A stretch of DNA of 64,000 nt from an uncultured Planctomycetales bacterium (GCA_964583975.1 CAZOXU010000001.1:35552-99551), one strand, 5' to 3'. Counted from the first letter of the stretch, positions 48,896-61,811 are shown. Numbers and translations: made by a program. The notes: generated by a model not told the origin, from the letters alone.

Positions 48896-50086
48896 TCATA
48901 TTGGCGTTTTCTTCGCAACAATAACTATGCCAGATGTGGTCAATACGAATCTTTTACGGTCTTGTTCCGCATCAAAACCAATCTTTACCCCTTCAGGAAT
49001 TTGCACATCTTTATCAATGATAGCATTTTGAATACGGGCATTTTCTCCCACACTCACACCATCCATAATGACAGAATTTTTAATGACTGCGCCATTTCTA
49101 ATCACCACATTAGTCGCTACCACTGAATTATTGACTTCAGCACTTTCTAAGATACACCCACCAGCAACGATAGAATTAATTACACTACCCGGTTTAGATC
49201 CCGTAGTATAGGCACGCATCGGTGGGTAATGATGGTGATGCGTCCTTAAAGGCCAAACTTTTTGAAAAATATTAAATTTGGGATTTTCTCCCAACAAATC
49301 CATATTCGCCTGATAATAGGCATCGCGTGTTCCAATATCCCGCCAATAATTATTACCGAAATTATAAGCCAAAACCTTCATCTTCTTCTCGACCATTTGG
49401 GGAATAATATTTTTACCAAAATCGTGATCTGAATCCGTACGCTTAGCATCAATTCCTAGTTCTTTCTTTAGCACTTCTGAATTAAATAAATAAATCCCCA
49501 TAGATCCCAATATTGAATCTGAATCCCCGGGAATAGTCTTAGGATTAGTAGGTTTTTCCTGAAAACCAATAACCATATTTTTCTTATCGACTTCTACAAC
49601 CCCGAAATGAGCAGCTTCTGATTTAGGCATTTGAAGACAGGCGACCGTCATATCCGCATGGCAATTGCTATGCGCTTCAATCAATTTACGATAATCCATC
49701 TTATAAACGTGGTCCCCTGCAAGAATCAAAATAAACTTAGGATCGTAATCATGGATCATATTAAGATTCTGATAGATCGCATCGGCAGTCCCCCGGTACC
49801 AATCTGTAGAAACACGCTGTTGGGCAGGAATAACATCAATAAACTCACCTAACTGATTTGAATAGATGTTCCAACCTTCAAAGATATGCTTTTGTAAAGA
49901 AAAGGATTTATATTGAGTTAAAAGAAAAATACGTCGAAGGCCGGAGTTAACACAATTGGATAAAGTAAAATCAATAATACGATAAATACCACCAAAAGGT
50001 ACGGCGGGCTTGGCTCGATCGCGGGTCAAGGGGTCTAAACGTTCTCCCTTGCCTCCTGCTAAAATAAAAGTTAATACATCACGCAT
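48896..50086 (-). CDS. glgC: Glucose-1-phosphate adenylyltransferase
   Basis: LAGGKGERLDPLTRDRAKPAVPFGG N-terminus and a C-terminal left-handed beta-helix. Confidence 0.85.
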   Translation of the reverse strand: MRDVLTFILAGGKGERLDPLTRDRAKPAVPFGGIYRIIDFTLSNCVNSGLRRIFLLTQYKSFSLQKHIFEGWNIYSNQLGEFIDVIPAQQRVSTDWYRGTADAIYQNLNMIHDYDPKFILILAGDHVYKMDYRKLIEAHSNCHADMTVACLQMPKSEAAHFGVVEVDKKNMVIGFQEKPTNPKTIPGDSDSILGSMGIYLFNSEVLKKELGIDAKRTDSDHDFGKNIIPQMVEKKMKVLAYNFGNNYWRDIGTRDAYYQANMDLLGENPKFNIFQKVWPLRTHHHHYPPMRAYTTGSKPGSVINSIVAGGCILESAEVNNSVVATNVVIRNGAVIKNSVIMDGVSVGENARIQNAIIDKDVQIPEGVKIGFDAEQDRKRFVLTTSGIVIVAKKTPI

Positions 50087-50092
50087 AATTTC

Positions 50093-52237
50093 TTATTTCT
50101 TTGAGTCACTTTTAGGATTTTTATTTTTTTCAATAATATCACGAATTCGCTTAACAGCAACCTTATCTTTAGGGTCTAATTCCTGCGCTTTCTTCAAATT
50201 ATCCAGGGCTTTAGAAGTCTTACCCTTCAAAGCAAAACCTTCAGCAAATCCAAAATAGACCTTAGCACTCTTGGGATCTATTTCCCAAGCTCGATCGAAT
50301 TGCATCAAAGCACCATCATAATCTTTTAAACGCAAATAAGACCTAGCCAACTGCAAACGGACCTTAAGATCATACGGCCTTAAAATGACCGCAATACGAA
50401 AATTCTCAAAAGCCCGTTGATAATCCTGCTTGCTCTCATAAATTTCCCCTAGAATTCTAAAAGAATCCGCATCATAAGGATTAACTTTTAAAGCCTCTTG
50501 GGAAAGTTTAAAGGCCAAATCATTAAATCCTAAGGTCCTTAGCAAATAGGCACGATTGGTTAATGGAACAGGATCCAAACGTTTACTAGCTAGGCGTTGC
50601 AGATCAAAACCTTTGGCCTGCCACTTTTTCAAATCAACACCAAAGCGATCAATCAATGGTTTATTTTCCGGCGTATTTTTTAAGAAAATGATGGCATCAT
50701 AATCAAAATAGACGATTTTCCAATCCGGGAACTGATAAAACATTTTGAGGACTTTTTCTGGGACTAGTTGGCTATTATTATTTAAAAAAGCTCCCGTAAT
50801 ATTATATTTTTTGGCATCAGCTAAGAACACCTTACTGTCCCCATCTCTCCAAATCTTTAAATAACGTTCAAAAAATTCAGCTCCATACTCCTCGGTGCGA
50901 CCATCAATATATACTTTAATATTAGGGAAACACCGTCCGATCAAATAAGCGCCAGAATTAAAATCATTATAAAAATTTCCTTTAATTTGATTTTTGACAA
51001 GAAAATCAACAGCGTGGTAAGGAAACGATCTTTTTGACACATCCCAGAACTCACTCTTGCGCTCAAAAGTGTCAAAATCATAATAGCCATTATCCGAAAT
51101 CTTCACGCCTTGATTAACAATCCAGAAAAGGAGCAATCCTTTTATCATAATGCATGTGATGAATTTAAATTTCTGTTGAGAGAAATAAATAGGAACAATG
51201 TTTTGCCAAACAATGGTTGCCGCATTAGCCATCGTCACTAAATAGGCCGCAACCGCAAAGAAAACCATATTACGAGAAGCCACCAAAGAAAACACCAAAA
51301 AACTGCCCCAGATAAAAACAGTGCTAATATCGATCTTACGTCGATTAAAAATCAAACTCATGGTTGAAATAAGGATCAAAAGCTTATAGTGCACATACTG
51401 ATTAGTCCAAATAGTTGCCTGGGTTATAGGCTTTTGCAGTTCCGTGATATGGTCAAAGAACACTTTTGAATCACCCGAACCGATGTGAAATAAAACACCA
51501 ATAGGATACCACGCTCCTTTAAAGGTCAATGGATTGGCACAACAAGCTAAAAGAAGAACCGGAAACAATTTTTTGATACGTGCATACTCGTCATCGCTCA
51601 GACGTGCTGTTTGATTCCACTCCCAGGGCAAAGGCACACGTCTTTTAATAAATTCCGACATCCATGCAACTCCTACAATCAAAGGACCAAAAAAGAAAAA
51701 TCCATGCATATTGGTCCATACGATCTGGATGGCTACGAGCAACCACATTGACCATGAACGGCTAATAAACCAAGATAGGATCCAAATAAAACTTACAAAA
51801 AATAAAATAGAGAAAATATCCGGACGGATGGTAAAGCGTGACTGAAATACAAATAACACTAACAACAAAGTCAGGGCTGTTAAAAATTGGCGGTCTCGAC
51901 TATAGCCTAATAACAGAAGAATCAAAAAGGTCAAAACCACGACCCAAACTTGCATGTTGATTAATCCATTAAAGCCCCACAAATGTTGGATCTGATAAGC
52001 AATATACTGAAACAACCACTCATGATTGACCCAAGGTTTACCATTTAAAGCACAAGAAAGAATATCGTGATCAGGAACAAATCCATTCTCACTGATAAAC
52101 TTGCCCATTTTCAAATGCAGCCACAGATCTAAATCTTTAATTTCCAAGCTGGCCATGTAGGTGGTTAGACCAAAAACAGCCCCAATGGCCATAATCCCTA
52201 AAATGAAATTTAATCGATCCCAGAATTTCTCACTCAT
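50093..52237 (-). CDS. Polytopic membrane protein with C-terminal TPR repeats (putative GT-C-fold glycosyltransferase, ArnT/PMT-like)
   Basis: ~11 predicted TM helices in the first ~350 aa with conserved acidic/aromatic loop residues (DHD..HEW), followed by a ~250-aa periplasmic TPR array. Confidence 0.5.
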   Translation of the reverse strand: MSEKFWDRLNFILGIMAIGAVFGLTTYMASLEIKDLDLWLHLKMGKFISENGFVPDHDILSCALNGKPWVNHEWLFQYIAYQIQHLWGFNGLINMQVWVVVLTFLILLLLGYSRDRQFLTALTLLLVLFVFQSRFTIRPDIFSILFFVSFIWILSWFISRSWSMWLLVAIQIVWTNMHGFFFFGPLIVGVAWMSEFIKRRVPLPWEWNQTARLSDDEYARIKKLFPVLLLACCANPLTFKGAWYPIGVLFHIGSGDSKVFFDHITELQKPITQATIWTNQYVHYKLLILISTMSLIFNRRKIDISTVFIWGSFLVFSLVASRNMVFFAVAAYLVTMANAATIVWQNIVPIYFSQQKFKFITCIMIKGLLLFWIVNQGVKISDNGYYDFDTFERKSEFWDVSKRSFPYHAVDFLVKNQIKGNFYNDFNSGAYLIGRCFPNIKVYIDGRTEEYGAEFFERYLKIWRDGDSKVFLADAKKYNITGAFLNNNSQLVPEKVLKMFYQFPDWKIVYFDYDAIIFLKNTPENKPLIDRFGVDLKKWQAKGFDLQRLASKRLDPVPLTNRAYLLRTLGFNDLAFKLSQEALKVNPYDADSFRILGEIYESKQDYQRAFENFRIAVILRPYDLKVRLQLARSYLRLKDYDGALMQFDRAWEIDPKSAKVYFGFAEGFALKGKTSKALDNLKKAQELDPKDKVAVKRIRDIIEKNKNPKSDSKK

Positions 52238-52935
52238 AGACGATAATCAAAGGCAGATTTAATCAGAGTCTGCGTATATGGCTCCTTTGGTTGTTTAAAA
52301 ATCTCTTCTGCTCTTCCCATCTCAACGATTTTTCCTTGGTGCATCACGGCTATTCTATCACTAAAATTTTTAACTATTTTCAAATTATGAGAAATAAAAA
52401 TATAGGTTAAATTAAATTTTTGTTTAAGTTCTGCTAAAAGATCCATAATCTGTTTTTGCACCAAAATATCCAAAGAAGATACCGCCTCATCTAATATTAA
52501 AATTTGTGGATTCTTTAATAAAGCCCGGGCAATCGCAATGCGCTGGCGCTGACCACCACTAAATTCATGAGGAAAACGCTCAAGCATCTCTGGTGCCAAT
52601 CCCACTGCTTTAAGTATACCTTCTAATCGTTGGGTTTGCTCCTTGGAAGAAAGCTTCTGCCCCAAAAGAGCCTCGGCCAATATAGAACGAATAGTCCATA
52701 AAGGATCTAGTGAATTATAAGGATCCTGGAAAACCATTTGAATGCGACCCTCCACACGCACCTGCCCTTTATCTGATTTTGATATCCCCATAATAATTTT
52801 GGCCAAGGTCGACTTACCACAACCAGATTCTCCAATAATCGATAAGTTTTCCCCTTGAGTGACTGTAAAACTAACACCATCCACAGCCCGCGTGGCGCCA
52901 AAAGATTTCTCAATACGGTTTACCTCTAAGATCAT
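52234..52935 (-). CDS. Peptide ABC transporter ATP-binding protein (OppF/DppF type)
   Basis: Walker A GESGCGKST and signature FSGGQRQRIAIA. Confidence 0.8.
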   Translation of the reverse strand: MILEVNRIEKSFGATRAVDGVSFTVTQGENLSIIGESGCGKSTLAKIIMGISKSDKGQVRVEGRIQMVFQDPYNSLDPLWTIRSILAEALLGQKLSSKEQTQRLEGILKAVGLAPEMLERFPHEFSGGQRQRIAIARALLKNPQILILDEAVSSLDILVQKQIMDLLAELKQKFNLTYIFISHNLKIVKNFSDRIAVMHQGKIVEMGRAEEIFKQPKEPYTQTLIKSAFDYRL

Positions 52936-53687
52936 ACAAAAGCTCCCATTAAGGCCTTGGTATAGGCATGCACGGGTTTATTCTTGATCGATTGAACCGA
53001 GCCAGACTCAACAACAGAGCCATTTTCTAAGATCACCATATCATCGGCCAGATGCGACACAAGTCCCAGATCATGTGAAATAAGCAATATGCTTAAACCC
53101 TCTTTTCTAAACTCTCTAAATAAATCCATGATCTTAGCTTGTACGGTTACATCTAAATTGCTGGTTGGCTCATCGGCAATCATAAGCTTAGGATCGCTGA
53201 CTAATGCCTGAGCAATCATGGCCCGCTGACGTTGTCCGCCGCTTAATTGATGCGGATAACGATCGAAAATTTCCTGAGCATTAGACAATTGCACTCTTTG
53301 GAGGGTCTGCAAAATCTTTTGCTTCCTGCTACTTCGATCCATCCTTGTATGAGCAACCAACACCTCATCGATTTGCTGTCCAATAGTCATTAAAGGATTA
53401 AAAGCCCCTAGAGGTTCTTGAAAAACCATGGCTATTTGAGCACCACGCAAACGACGCATCTCTTGTTGGTCTAATAACAGCAGGTCTTGCTGGTTAAAAA
53501 GAATTGATCCTCGAATGACTTTAAAGGCTGGCGATAAAATTCTCATAATACCATTGGCGATCGTTGTCTTACCGCTTCCTGAGCCTCCCACAATGGCCGT
53601 AATTCTTCCTTGGGCTGCCGTAAATGTGACATCCTTAAGGATTAATTGGTTAGCCACCCCAACTGTTAGTTGTTTGATCTCTAGCAT
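52932..53687 (-). CDS. Peptide ABC transporter ATP-binding protein (OppD/DppD type)
   Basis: Walker A GGSGSGKTT and signature LSGGQRQRAMIA. Confidence 0.8.
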   Translation of the reverse strand: MLEIKQLTVGVANQLILKDVTFTAAQGRITAIVGGSGSGKTTIANGIMRILSPAFKVIRGSILFNQQDLLLLDQQEMRRLRGAQIAMVFQEPLGAFNPLMTIGQQIDEVLVAHTRMDRSSRKQKILQTLQRVQLSNAQEIFDRYPHQLSGGQRQRAMIAQALVSDPKLMIADEPTSNLDVTVQAKIMDLFREFRKEGLSILLISHDLGLVSHLADDMVILENGSVVESGSVQSIKNKPVHAYTKALMGAFV

Positions 53688-53693
53688 AAAGTC

Positions 53694-54734
53694 CTAACCT
53701 TCTTTAAACATTGGATCAAAAGCATCACGTAGCGCATCGCCTACGATATTAAAACAAATTACGGTCATAAAAATAAAAATTCCTGGAATCATAATCCATG
53801 GAGCAAATTGGATTTGTACAATGCCCATAGCATCTGAAAGCATATTCCCCCAACTGGGAATTGGATCTTGGATGCCTAAGCCAAATAAACTCAAACCCGC
53901 CTCGAGCATAATATAGGAAGGAATCGTTAACATAACCGCTACCAGTGAATACGAGAGCGTGTGCGGTAATATATGTGTAAAAATTATTCTTAAATCCGAT
54001 ACGCCCAATGCCTTGGCTGCCAAAACAAAATCACGCTGACGCAAAGATAAACTCATCCCCCGAATAATCCGAGCCAGAGAAGCCCACCCTAAGAAACTTA
54101 ATATCAAAATCACCATGAAATAGATCTGCAAGGCGCTGATATTATCTGGAACCACACTACGCAAGGCTAACATTAAATAAAATGATGGGATTAACATTAA
54201 CATTTCACAGACACGCATCAATACTGAATCAACCCATCCCCCAAAATAGCCAGCCACCCCTCCGATCAAAAGGCCCAAAGAGAATGAAATCAAGGTCCCC
54301 AATAATCCAATGGACAACGAAATGCGGGCCCCATGCATCAGCCTTGAAAACATATCCCTGCCTCGCGAGTCAGCTCCCCACAGATAGATACGACCCGGCT
54401 TATCCACACCAAAAAGATGGCCATTAGCAAAAAGTTTGATGGGATACTTTTGGCTCTGATCAATTGTAAAAACGCGTTTATGATTAGCATCAAAACTTAA
54501 AATCTTTCCATAAACAAATGGCCAGGTTACTTGGCCGTGGGCAATGAATTCAATGCTTGTCGCAGAGCAATAAGAGTAATTACGATCTTCATCATCAAAT
54601 CGATATGGAGAGATAAAATCAGCTAGAATCGCACAGGCATAAAGAATCCCAATGAAACAAAAGCACCAGCGAGCCAGAGGTCGACTCCAAAAATGATCCA
54701 TGGCCATTGAAAATTGGCTTTTAATCTTTACCAT
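53694..54734 (-). CDS. Peptide ABC transporter permease (OppC/DppC type)
   Basis: BPD transport-system inner-membrane component with an EAA-like loop. Confidence 0.8.
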   Translation of the reverse strand: MVKIKSQFSMAMDHFWSRPLARWCFCFIGILYACAILADFISPYRFDDEDRNYSYCSATSIEFIAHGQVTWPFVYGKILSFDANHKRVFTIDQSQKYPIKLFANGHLFGVDKPGRIYLWGADSRGRDMFSRLMHGARISLSIGLLGTLISFSLGLLIGGVAGYFGGWVDSVLMRVCEMLMLIPSFYLMLALRSVVPDNISALQIYFMVILILSFLGWASLARIIRGMSLSLRQRDFVLAAKALGVSDLRIIFTHILPHTLSYSLVAVMLTIPSYIMLEAGLSLFGLGIQDPIPSWGNMLSDAMGIVQIQFAPWIMIPGIFIFMTVICFNIVGDALRDAFDPMFKEG

Positions 54735-55692
54735 AACGAATCCTTGGATCTAAACGTGCAAGAGCTAAATCAGCCAGCAGATTACCCAACAGCAGCAAGA
54801 AGCTCACCAACATCAAATTAGCCATGACGACATAAATATCTTTCGAGCGAACGGCCGTTAACATTAATGAACCCAAACCAGGCCATGAGCAGACGATTTC
54901 GATAAGCGCCGCACCACTGATAAGCCCTGAAAGTTCGTAGCCTAATAAGGTCACTAAGGGATTAAAGGCATTCTTAAGGGCATGAACGTAAATCACCCGA
55001 TTCTCAGGCAAACCCTTTGCTCGAGCGGCAGTGATATATTGCTGACGTAACACAGAAAGCATATTGCCCCTCATAATGCGCATAAGCGAAGCAATCGAAG
55101 CTAAGGAAAGCACCACAGTTGGGATGACCAGATGTCGAGCCAGATCGATCTGCTTATCAAGCCATGAGAAACTCTCATAATCTGGGCTGTGCATACCTCC
55201 TAAAGGCAAAATTCCCCACTGAGCGACCATATACAATAAAATCATGGCTAAAAAGAAGCTCGGGGTTGAAAACGCAGCAAAAGAAAATAGCGATAATGCC
55301 CTGTCAGCCAAACGATTACGATGTAAAGCAGCTAAAATACCTAAAGGAATAGCCACGGCCCAGGTTAATAAAAATGAAGCCATGGATAGAATTAAGGTAT
55401 TGCCCAACCGACCGACAATCAAATCAGTTACCGGAACGTTATAATAAAAAGAATATCCCAACTCTCCTGTAAAGAAATTCATGAGCCATCGGCTGTATTG
55501 GACTAATAACGGCTCATTCAATCCATACAAAGCCTCGTAGCGAGCAATGGTCTCTTGGGAAATCTGTGGATTGAGTTTGAGCGAATCAAAATAATTACCC
55601 GGTGTCATATGCATCAGCCAAAAGGTAAAGAAACTGATTCCTATTAACAGCAGAAAAGCGATAGCGATTCTTTGAAGGATAAATTTGATCAT
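54721..55692 (-). CDS. Peptide ABC transporter permease (OppB/DppB type)
   Basis: BPD permease fold; N-terminus MIKFILQRIAIAFLLLIGISFFTF. Confidence 0.8.
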   Translation of the reverse strand: MIKFILQRIAIAFLLLIGISFFTFWLMHMTPGNYFDSLKLNPQISQETIARYEALYGLNEPLLVQYSRWLMNFFTGELGYSFYYNVPVTDLIVGRLGNTLILSMASFLLTWAVAIPLGILAALHRNRLADRALSLFSFAAFSTPSFFLAMILLYMVAQWGILPLGGMHSPDYESFSWLDKQIDLARHLVIPTVVLSLASIASLMRIMRGNMLSVLRQQYITAARAKGLPENRVIYVHALKNAFNPLVTLLGYELSGLISGAALIEIVCSWPGLGSLMLTAVRSKDIYVVMANLMLVSFLLLLGNLLADLALARLDPRIRYGKD

Positions 55693-57392
55693 GGCTTATT
55701 GCTCTTAATATAAATTTCTTCCGGATTATGAAACGCGCCAGCATAGGCTGAGGGTTTAAGATTACCAAAACGGTTTCTTACAGCAAAAATATCAGCAGCC
55801 AATACGGTATAAATTAAAGGAAGCTGCTCAGCAGCAATCACTTGAAATTCATCATAAAGGATTTTACGTTTATTCTCATCTAGCTCGGAGGCTCCTTGAT
55901 TGTAAATTTCATCCAAACGTCTCTCCCAGTCTGTTGCAGGCTTACTTTGCTTAGGATTCCACACATGTAATTGTCCTGAGGAGGCCCATACATTGCGGCC
56001 AAAGTGTGGCTCGACTCCCCCGGTTAAGCCAATCAGCACAGCATCCCAATCGTAACTGGCCATCAACTTACTGACCAAGGTATTAAATTCCAGCGGCAGG
56101 AAGTTAACTTTAATTCCAAGTTTCTCTAAATCGGCCCGAATCATATACGCCATTTGAATGTTTTCGCTGTGCTGCGCGCTGGTGCTGGTATACAAATTAA
56201 ATTCTAAAAGGTGACCATCCTTATCATAAAGAAGCTTGTCTCGATAAATAAAGCCTCCTTGTTGCAGTGTTTGCCTCGCTTTTTCTAAATCATAGGAGTA
56301 TCCCTTAACCTTCGAATTATAAAAGAAGCCACTCGATGGACTCATAGGTCCATCTTGGGAATACCCCAACTCATTAAATAGAATCTGGATTATCTTCTTT
56401 TTATCAATGGCTTGGGCTACAGCTCGTCTAAAATAAACATTCTCAAACCACGAACGTTTGATTGGATCCAAAAAAGGCTTTTGGGTTTTAGGATTAATGC
56501 CTGGGTTTTGATTAAAAACGATAAAGCTGCTGCCGAAATCAGCACCAGCCTCATAAATCGTAAAGTTTCTTTTAGTCTCCAAAGGTTTCAATAAAGGATA
56601 GTTCTGTCCACTAACCCCAATCGAATCTAATTCCCCATCAATGAATTTAAGCACACCGGCATCAGCATCAGGGATAATTAAATATATAATCTTGTCTAAA
56701 TACGGTAAAGCATCGCCTTGAGCTGATCGCTTCCAATAATGAGGGTTGCGCTTAAATACCAAGCGCTCCCCAGGTCGATATTCATCCAAATAAAATGGAC
56801 CTGTTCCTATAATCTCGCGAGGTTTTGTATTAACACCCCAAGTAAAAGCAAATCTATCTTGGCTAACAATTTTTTCAAGGCAATGTTTGGGCAAAATCGA
56901 TTGGGACATGCTTCGCAAGAAAGGTGCAAACTTGACTGGTAGATGAAATTCAACCGTGTAGTCATCTATCTTCTTAACTTCAAGAATTTTGCCATCTATT
57001 GTAAAAATATCTCTGGAGGGTGCGGGAATTTTGGGATTATAAATCAAATTCAAAAAGGTAAAAACAACATCATCAGCCTTCAAAGGCTGACCATCAAACC
57101 AGCGCACATCCTGGCGTAGATAAAAAGTCCATGTCAGTCCATCCTCTGACACCTTCCAGCTTTGAGCAAGATTGGGGATGACTTTCAAGGTAAACGGGTC
57201 AAGCGTAGTCAAACCTTCAAAGAGTATTCCCGTAACTAAAGAACTCGAGGTTTCAGAAGCGGTGATTGTATTAAATGTTTTAGGATCGGAAGGGGCAGAT
57301 AAGACTAGCTGTCCGCCGTAATGATTCTCTGCAGCATAGGCAGAAAAGCTTAAAAACAAGACAGCTAGAAGAACGAAGAAAGGTTTTAACAC
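55689..57392 (-). CDS. Peptide/nickel ABC transporter substrate-binding protein (family 5)
   Basis: Signal peptide, SBP_bac_5 architecture, 567 aa. Confidence 0.75.
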   Translation of the reverse strand: MLKPFFVLLAVLFLSFSAYAAENHYGGQLVLSAPSDPKTFNTITASETSSSLVTGILFEGLTTLDPFTLKVIPNLAQSWKVSEDGLTWTFYLRQDVRWFDGQPLKADDVVFTFLNLIYNPKIPAPSRDIFTIDGKILEVKKIDDYTVEFHLPVKFAPFLRSMSQSILPKHCLEKIVSQDRFAFTWGVNTKPREIIGTGPFYLDEYRPGERLVFKRNPHYWKRSAQGDALPYLDKIIYLIIPDADAGVLKFIDGELDSIGVSGQNYPLLKPLETKRNFTIYEAGADFGSSFIVFNQNPGINPKTQKPFLDPIKRSWFENVYFRRAVAQAIDKKKIIQILFNELGYSQDGPMSPSSGFFYNSKVKGYSYDLEKARQTLQQGGFIYRDKLLYDKDGHLLEFNLYTSTSAQHSENIQMAYMIRADLEKLGIKVNFLPLEFNTLVSKLMASYDWDAVLIGLTGGVEPHFGRNVWASSGQLHVWNPKQSKPATDWERRLDEIYNQGASELDENKRKILYDEFQVIAAEQLPLIYTVLAADIFAVRNRFGNLKPSAYAGAFHNPEEIYIKSNKP

Positions 57393-57399
57393 CGTTTTT

Positions 57400-57753
57400 T
57401 TATTTTGCTGCGTTAGTGATGACCTGTTCTACTGGTTTTGGTTCACTTACCCTAACTGTTGGTTCTTCAGCCTTAGGCGTTGCTGGGGCTGCGGCCACAG
57501 GTAATTTAGCATTGGACATCAAAGATTTGTGTCCTTTACTAGCATTGAGCGCTAAAAATAATGAAGTGCTAAAAAAGATAACTGCCAGAATGGTTGAAAA
57601 TCTCACCATAAATGAATTGGTCTGCGTACCAAACATGGATTCTGCTGAAGTAAAGCTTTCAGCCAAACCTCCGCCACGGCCAGCTTGCATTAAAATAGTA
57701 ATGACCAACAAAATACAAACAACAATGTGAACAAACATGATAAAACCAATCAT
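57400..57753 (-). CDS. secG: Preprotein translocase subunit SecG
   Basis: TM1 plus LMQAGRGGGL (the LLQ.GKG.GL motif). It is adjacent to tpiA, as in many bacteria. Confidence 0.8.
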   Translation of the reverse strand: MIGFIMFVHIVVCILLVITILMQAGRGGGLAESFTSAESMFGTQTNSFMVRFSTILAVIFFSTSLFLALNASKGHKSLMSNAKLPVAAAPATPKAEEPTVRVSEPKPVEQVITNAAK

Positions 57754-57768
57754 CGATTTCTCCTTCGA

Positions 57769-58527
57769 TTATTTCTTAGCAGATTTAACAATCGCTGCAA
57801 AAGATGGAGCTTTTAAACTTGCTCCCCCTACCAAAGCCCCATCAATATCAGACTTGGCAATTAAAATCCCAATATTTTCTGGTGTCACTGAACCACCATA
57901 TTGAATACGCACCGATTGAGACACTTCTTTTCCAAATAATTTGCTTAATAGTTCTCTAATATAAGCATGCACTTCCTGGGCCTGCTCAGGTGTTGCTGTC
58001 TTACCTGTTCCGATAGCCCAGACAGGTTCATAAGCTAAAACAATTTTCTTCATTTCATCGGAAGTCAGGTTCGCTAATGACCCCTCGCAGTGGTTCTTAA
58101 TTACATCAAAAGTCTTATTGGATTCACGTTCAGCTAAATTCTCCCCTACACACACAATAGGAGTTAAACCATGCGCTAATGCGGCACGGATACGCTTATT
58201 GACGGTTTCATTGGTCTCACCAAAAAATTGACGACGTTCGCTATGACCAATAATCACATATTGGACACCTAAATCTTTGAGCATCGGAGCTGAAACCTCA
58301 CCAGTAAACGCGCCACTGTCCTGCCAGTAAACATTTTGAGCTCCTAAAGAAATATTTGTTTCCATGACAACTTCTGAAACATCTCCCAGGGCTGTAAATG
58401 GTGGGCAAACCACAATATCAACGCCATTAATATCTGACACTTCTCGTTTTAATTCCTCGACCAAGCTCATGGCTTCGCGAGAAGTTTTATTTAATTTCCA
58501 ATTTCCAGCAATAATGATTTTTCGCAT
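57769..58527 (-). CDS. tpiA: Triosephosphate isomerase
   Basis: AGNWKLN, the catalytic IIGHSERR, and YEPVWAIGTGKTA. Confidence 0.95.
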   Translation of the reverse strand: MRKIIIAGNWKLNKTSREAMSLVEELKREVSDINGVDIVVCPPFTALGDVSEVVMETNISLGAQNVYWQDSGAFTGEVSAPMLKDLGVQYVIIGHSERRQFFGETNETVNKRIRAALAHGLTPIVCVGENLAERESNKTFDVIKNHCEGSLANLTSDEMKKIVLAYEPVWAIGTGKTATPEQAQEVHAYIRELLSKLFGKEVSQSVRIQYGGSVTPENIGILIAKSDIDGALVGGASLKAPSFAAIVKSAKK

Positions 58528-58540
58528 ATACCCTCATCAT

Positions 58541-58608
58541 GTCATTCCCGAATGCTTTTGTCGTGAATCTAGTGTCTGGATCCCCGATTAAAATATTCGG
58601 AGACGACA
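58541..58608. repeat. Double-hairpin intergenic repeat, copy D (the most degenerate copy)
   Basis: gtcattcccgaatgcttttgtcgtgaatctag...atccccgattaaaatattcggagacgac, between pgk and tpiA. Confidence 0.65.
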
Positions 58609-58618
58609 GCTAGTTCAA

Positions 58619-59803
58619 TTAATTCTTGTCGTTCAATGCTGCGATTCCGGGAAGTTCCTTACCTTCTAAGAATTCCAAAGAAGCACCGCCACCTGTTGAA
58701 ATGTGAGTCATTTGATCTTCTAAACCAAATTTAGCAACGGCTGCGGCAGAATCACCACCGCCGATAATGGTTGTCGCATTCTTTAATCCTGCTAAATAAT
58801 CAGCAATCTCTCGGGTTCCCTTGGCATAGGCTTCGCGTTCAAAAACGCCTAAAGGTCCGTTCCAAACAATCGTATTAGCTTTAGATAAGATTTTTTTATA
58901 ATACTCCCTGGTCTTAGGACCAATGTCTAAACTTTCCCAACCAACAGGAATCGTATCAGAAATCTTGCAATCATCGCTTGTGAAAGATTGTGTGATCACA
59001 AAATCAGTAGTCAAGGCAAGCTCGACACCAGCTTTTTTGGCCTGTTCCATCAAATCTTTAGCCATATCAATCTTATCTTTCTCAAGTTTAGAATTACCAA
59101 TCTCAATTCCCTGAGCTTTCAAAAAGGTATACGCCATGCCTCCACCAATGATAATGGTGTTGGCTTTAGGGATTAAATTTTTAATCAATTCGATTTTATC
59201 GGAAACCTTGGCACCGCCTAAGATCACAACCAAAGGACGTTTGGGGTTATTGATAGCACTACCTAAATATTGAAGTTCTTTTTCGATTAAAAAACCTGCT
59301 ACGGATGGAAGATACTGGGTAATTCCTGCGGTCGAAGCGTGAGCACGATGGGCAGTACCGAAGGCATCATTAACATAAATATCAGCTAAAGAAGCTAATT
59401 CTTTGGCAAAGGCAGGATCATTCTTTTCTTCGGATTTATGAAAACGTAAATTTTCTAACAAAACAACACGCTCTTTAGAAGAAGCGATGGAATTTTTGAC
59501 TGTCTCGCCAACACAATCACTAAGAAAAGCTACTTTTTCCTTTAATAATTGTTCTAAGCGAACGGCTACTGGTTTGAGGCTGAAATCAGCTTCAAAACCT
59601 GTACCCTTAGGACGACCCAGATGGCTCATTAAGATGACCTTAGCAGCCCCTTCTTTTAATGCATATTGGATCGTTGGCAAGGCAGCTGCGATACGACGAT
59701 CATCGGTAATATTAAATTTTTCATCCAATGGCACGTTAAAATCGACGCGGATGATAATTTTCTTGCCCTTAACACTAGTGTCTTTGATTGTCTTTTTATT
59801 CAT
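58619..59803 (-). CDS. pgk: Phosphoglycerate kinase. The start was moved to MNKKTIKD.
   Basis: RVDFNVPL, the hinge region, and the GGGASLE C-terminal motif. Confidence 0.95.
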   Translation of the reverse strand: MNKKTIKDTSVKGKKIIIRVDFNVPLDEKFNITDDRRIAAALPTIQYALKEGAAKVILMSHLGRPKGTGFEADFSLKPVAVRLEQLLKEKVAFLSDCVGETVKNSIASSKERVVLLENLRFHKSEEKNDPAFAKELASLADIYVNDAFGTAHRAHASTAGITQYLPSVAGFLIEKELQYLGSAINNPKRPLVVILGGAKVSDKIELIKNLIPKANTIIIGGGMAYTFLKAQGIEIGNSKLEKDKIDMAKDLMEQAKKAGVELALTTDFVITQSFTSDDCKISDTIPVGWESLDIGPKTREYYKKILSKANTIVWNGPLGVFEREAYAKGTREIADYLAGLKNATTIIGGGDSAAAVAKFGLEDQMTHISTGGGASLEFLEGKELPGIAALNDKN

Positions 59804-59852
59804 GATTTCCCCTTCTATTAAAGCGCTCATTATAGCGAATTAGCCTCTTTTG

Positions 59853-61807
<1,955 letters not shown>

Positions 61808-61811
61808 GAAA

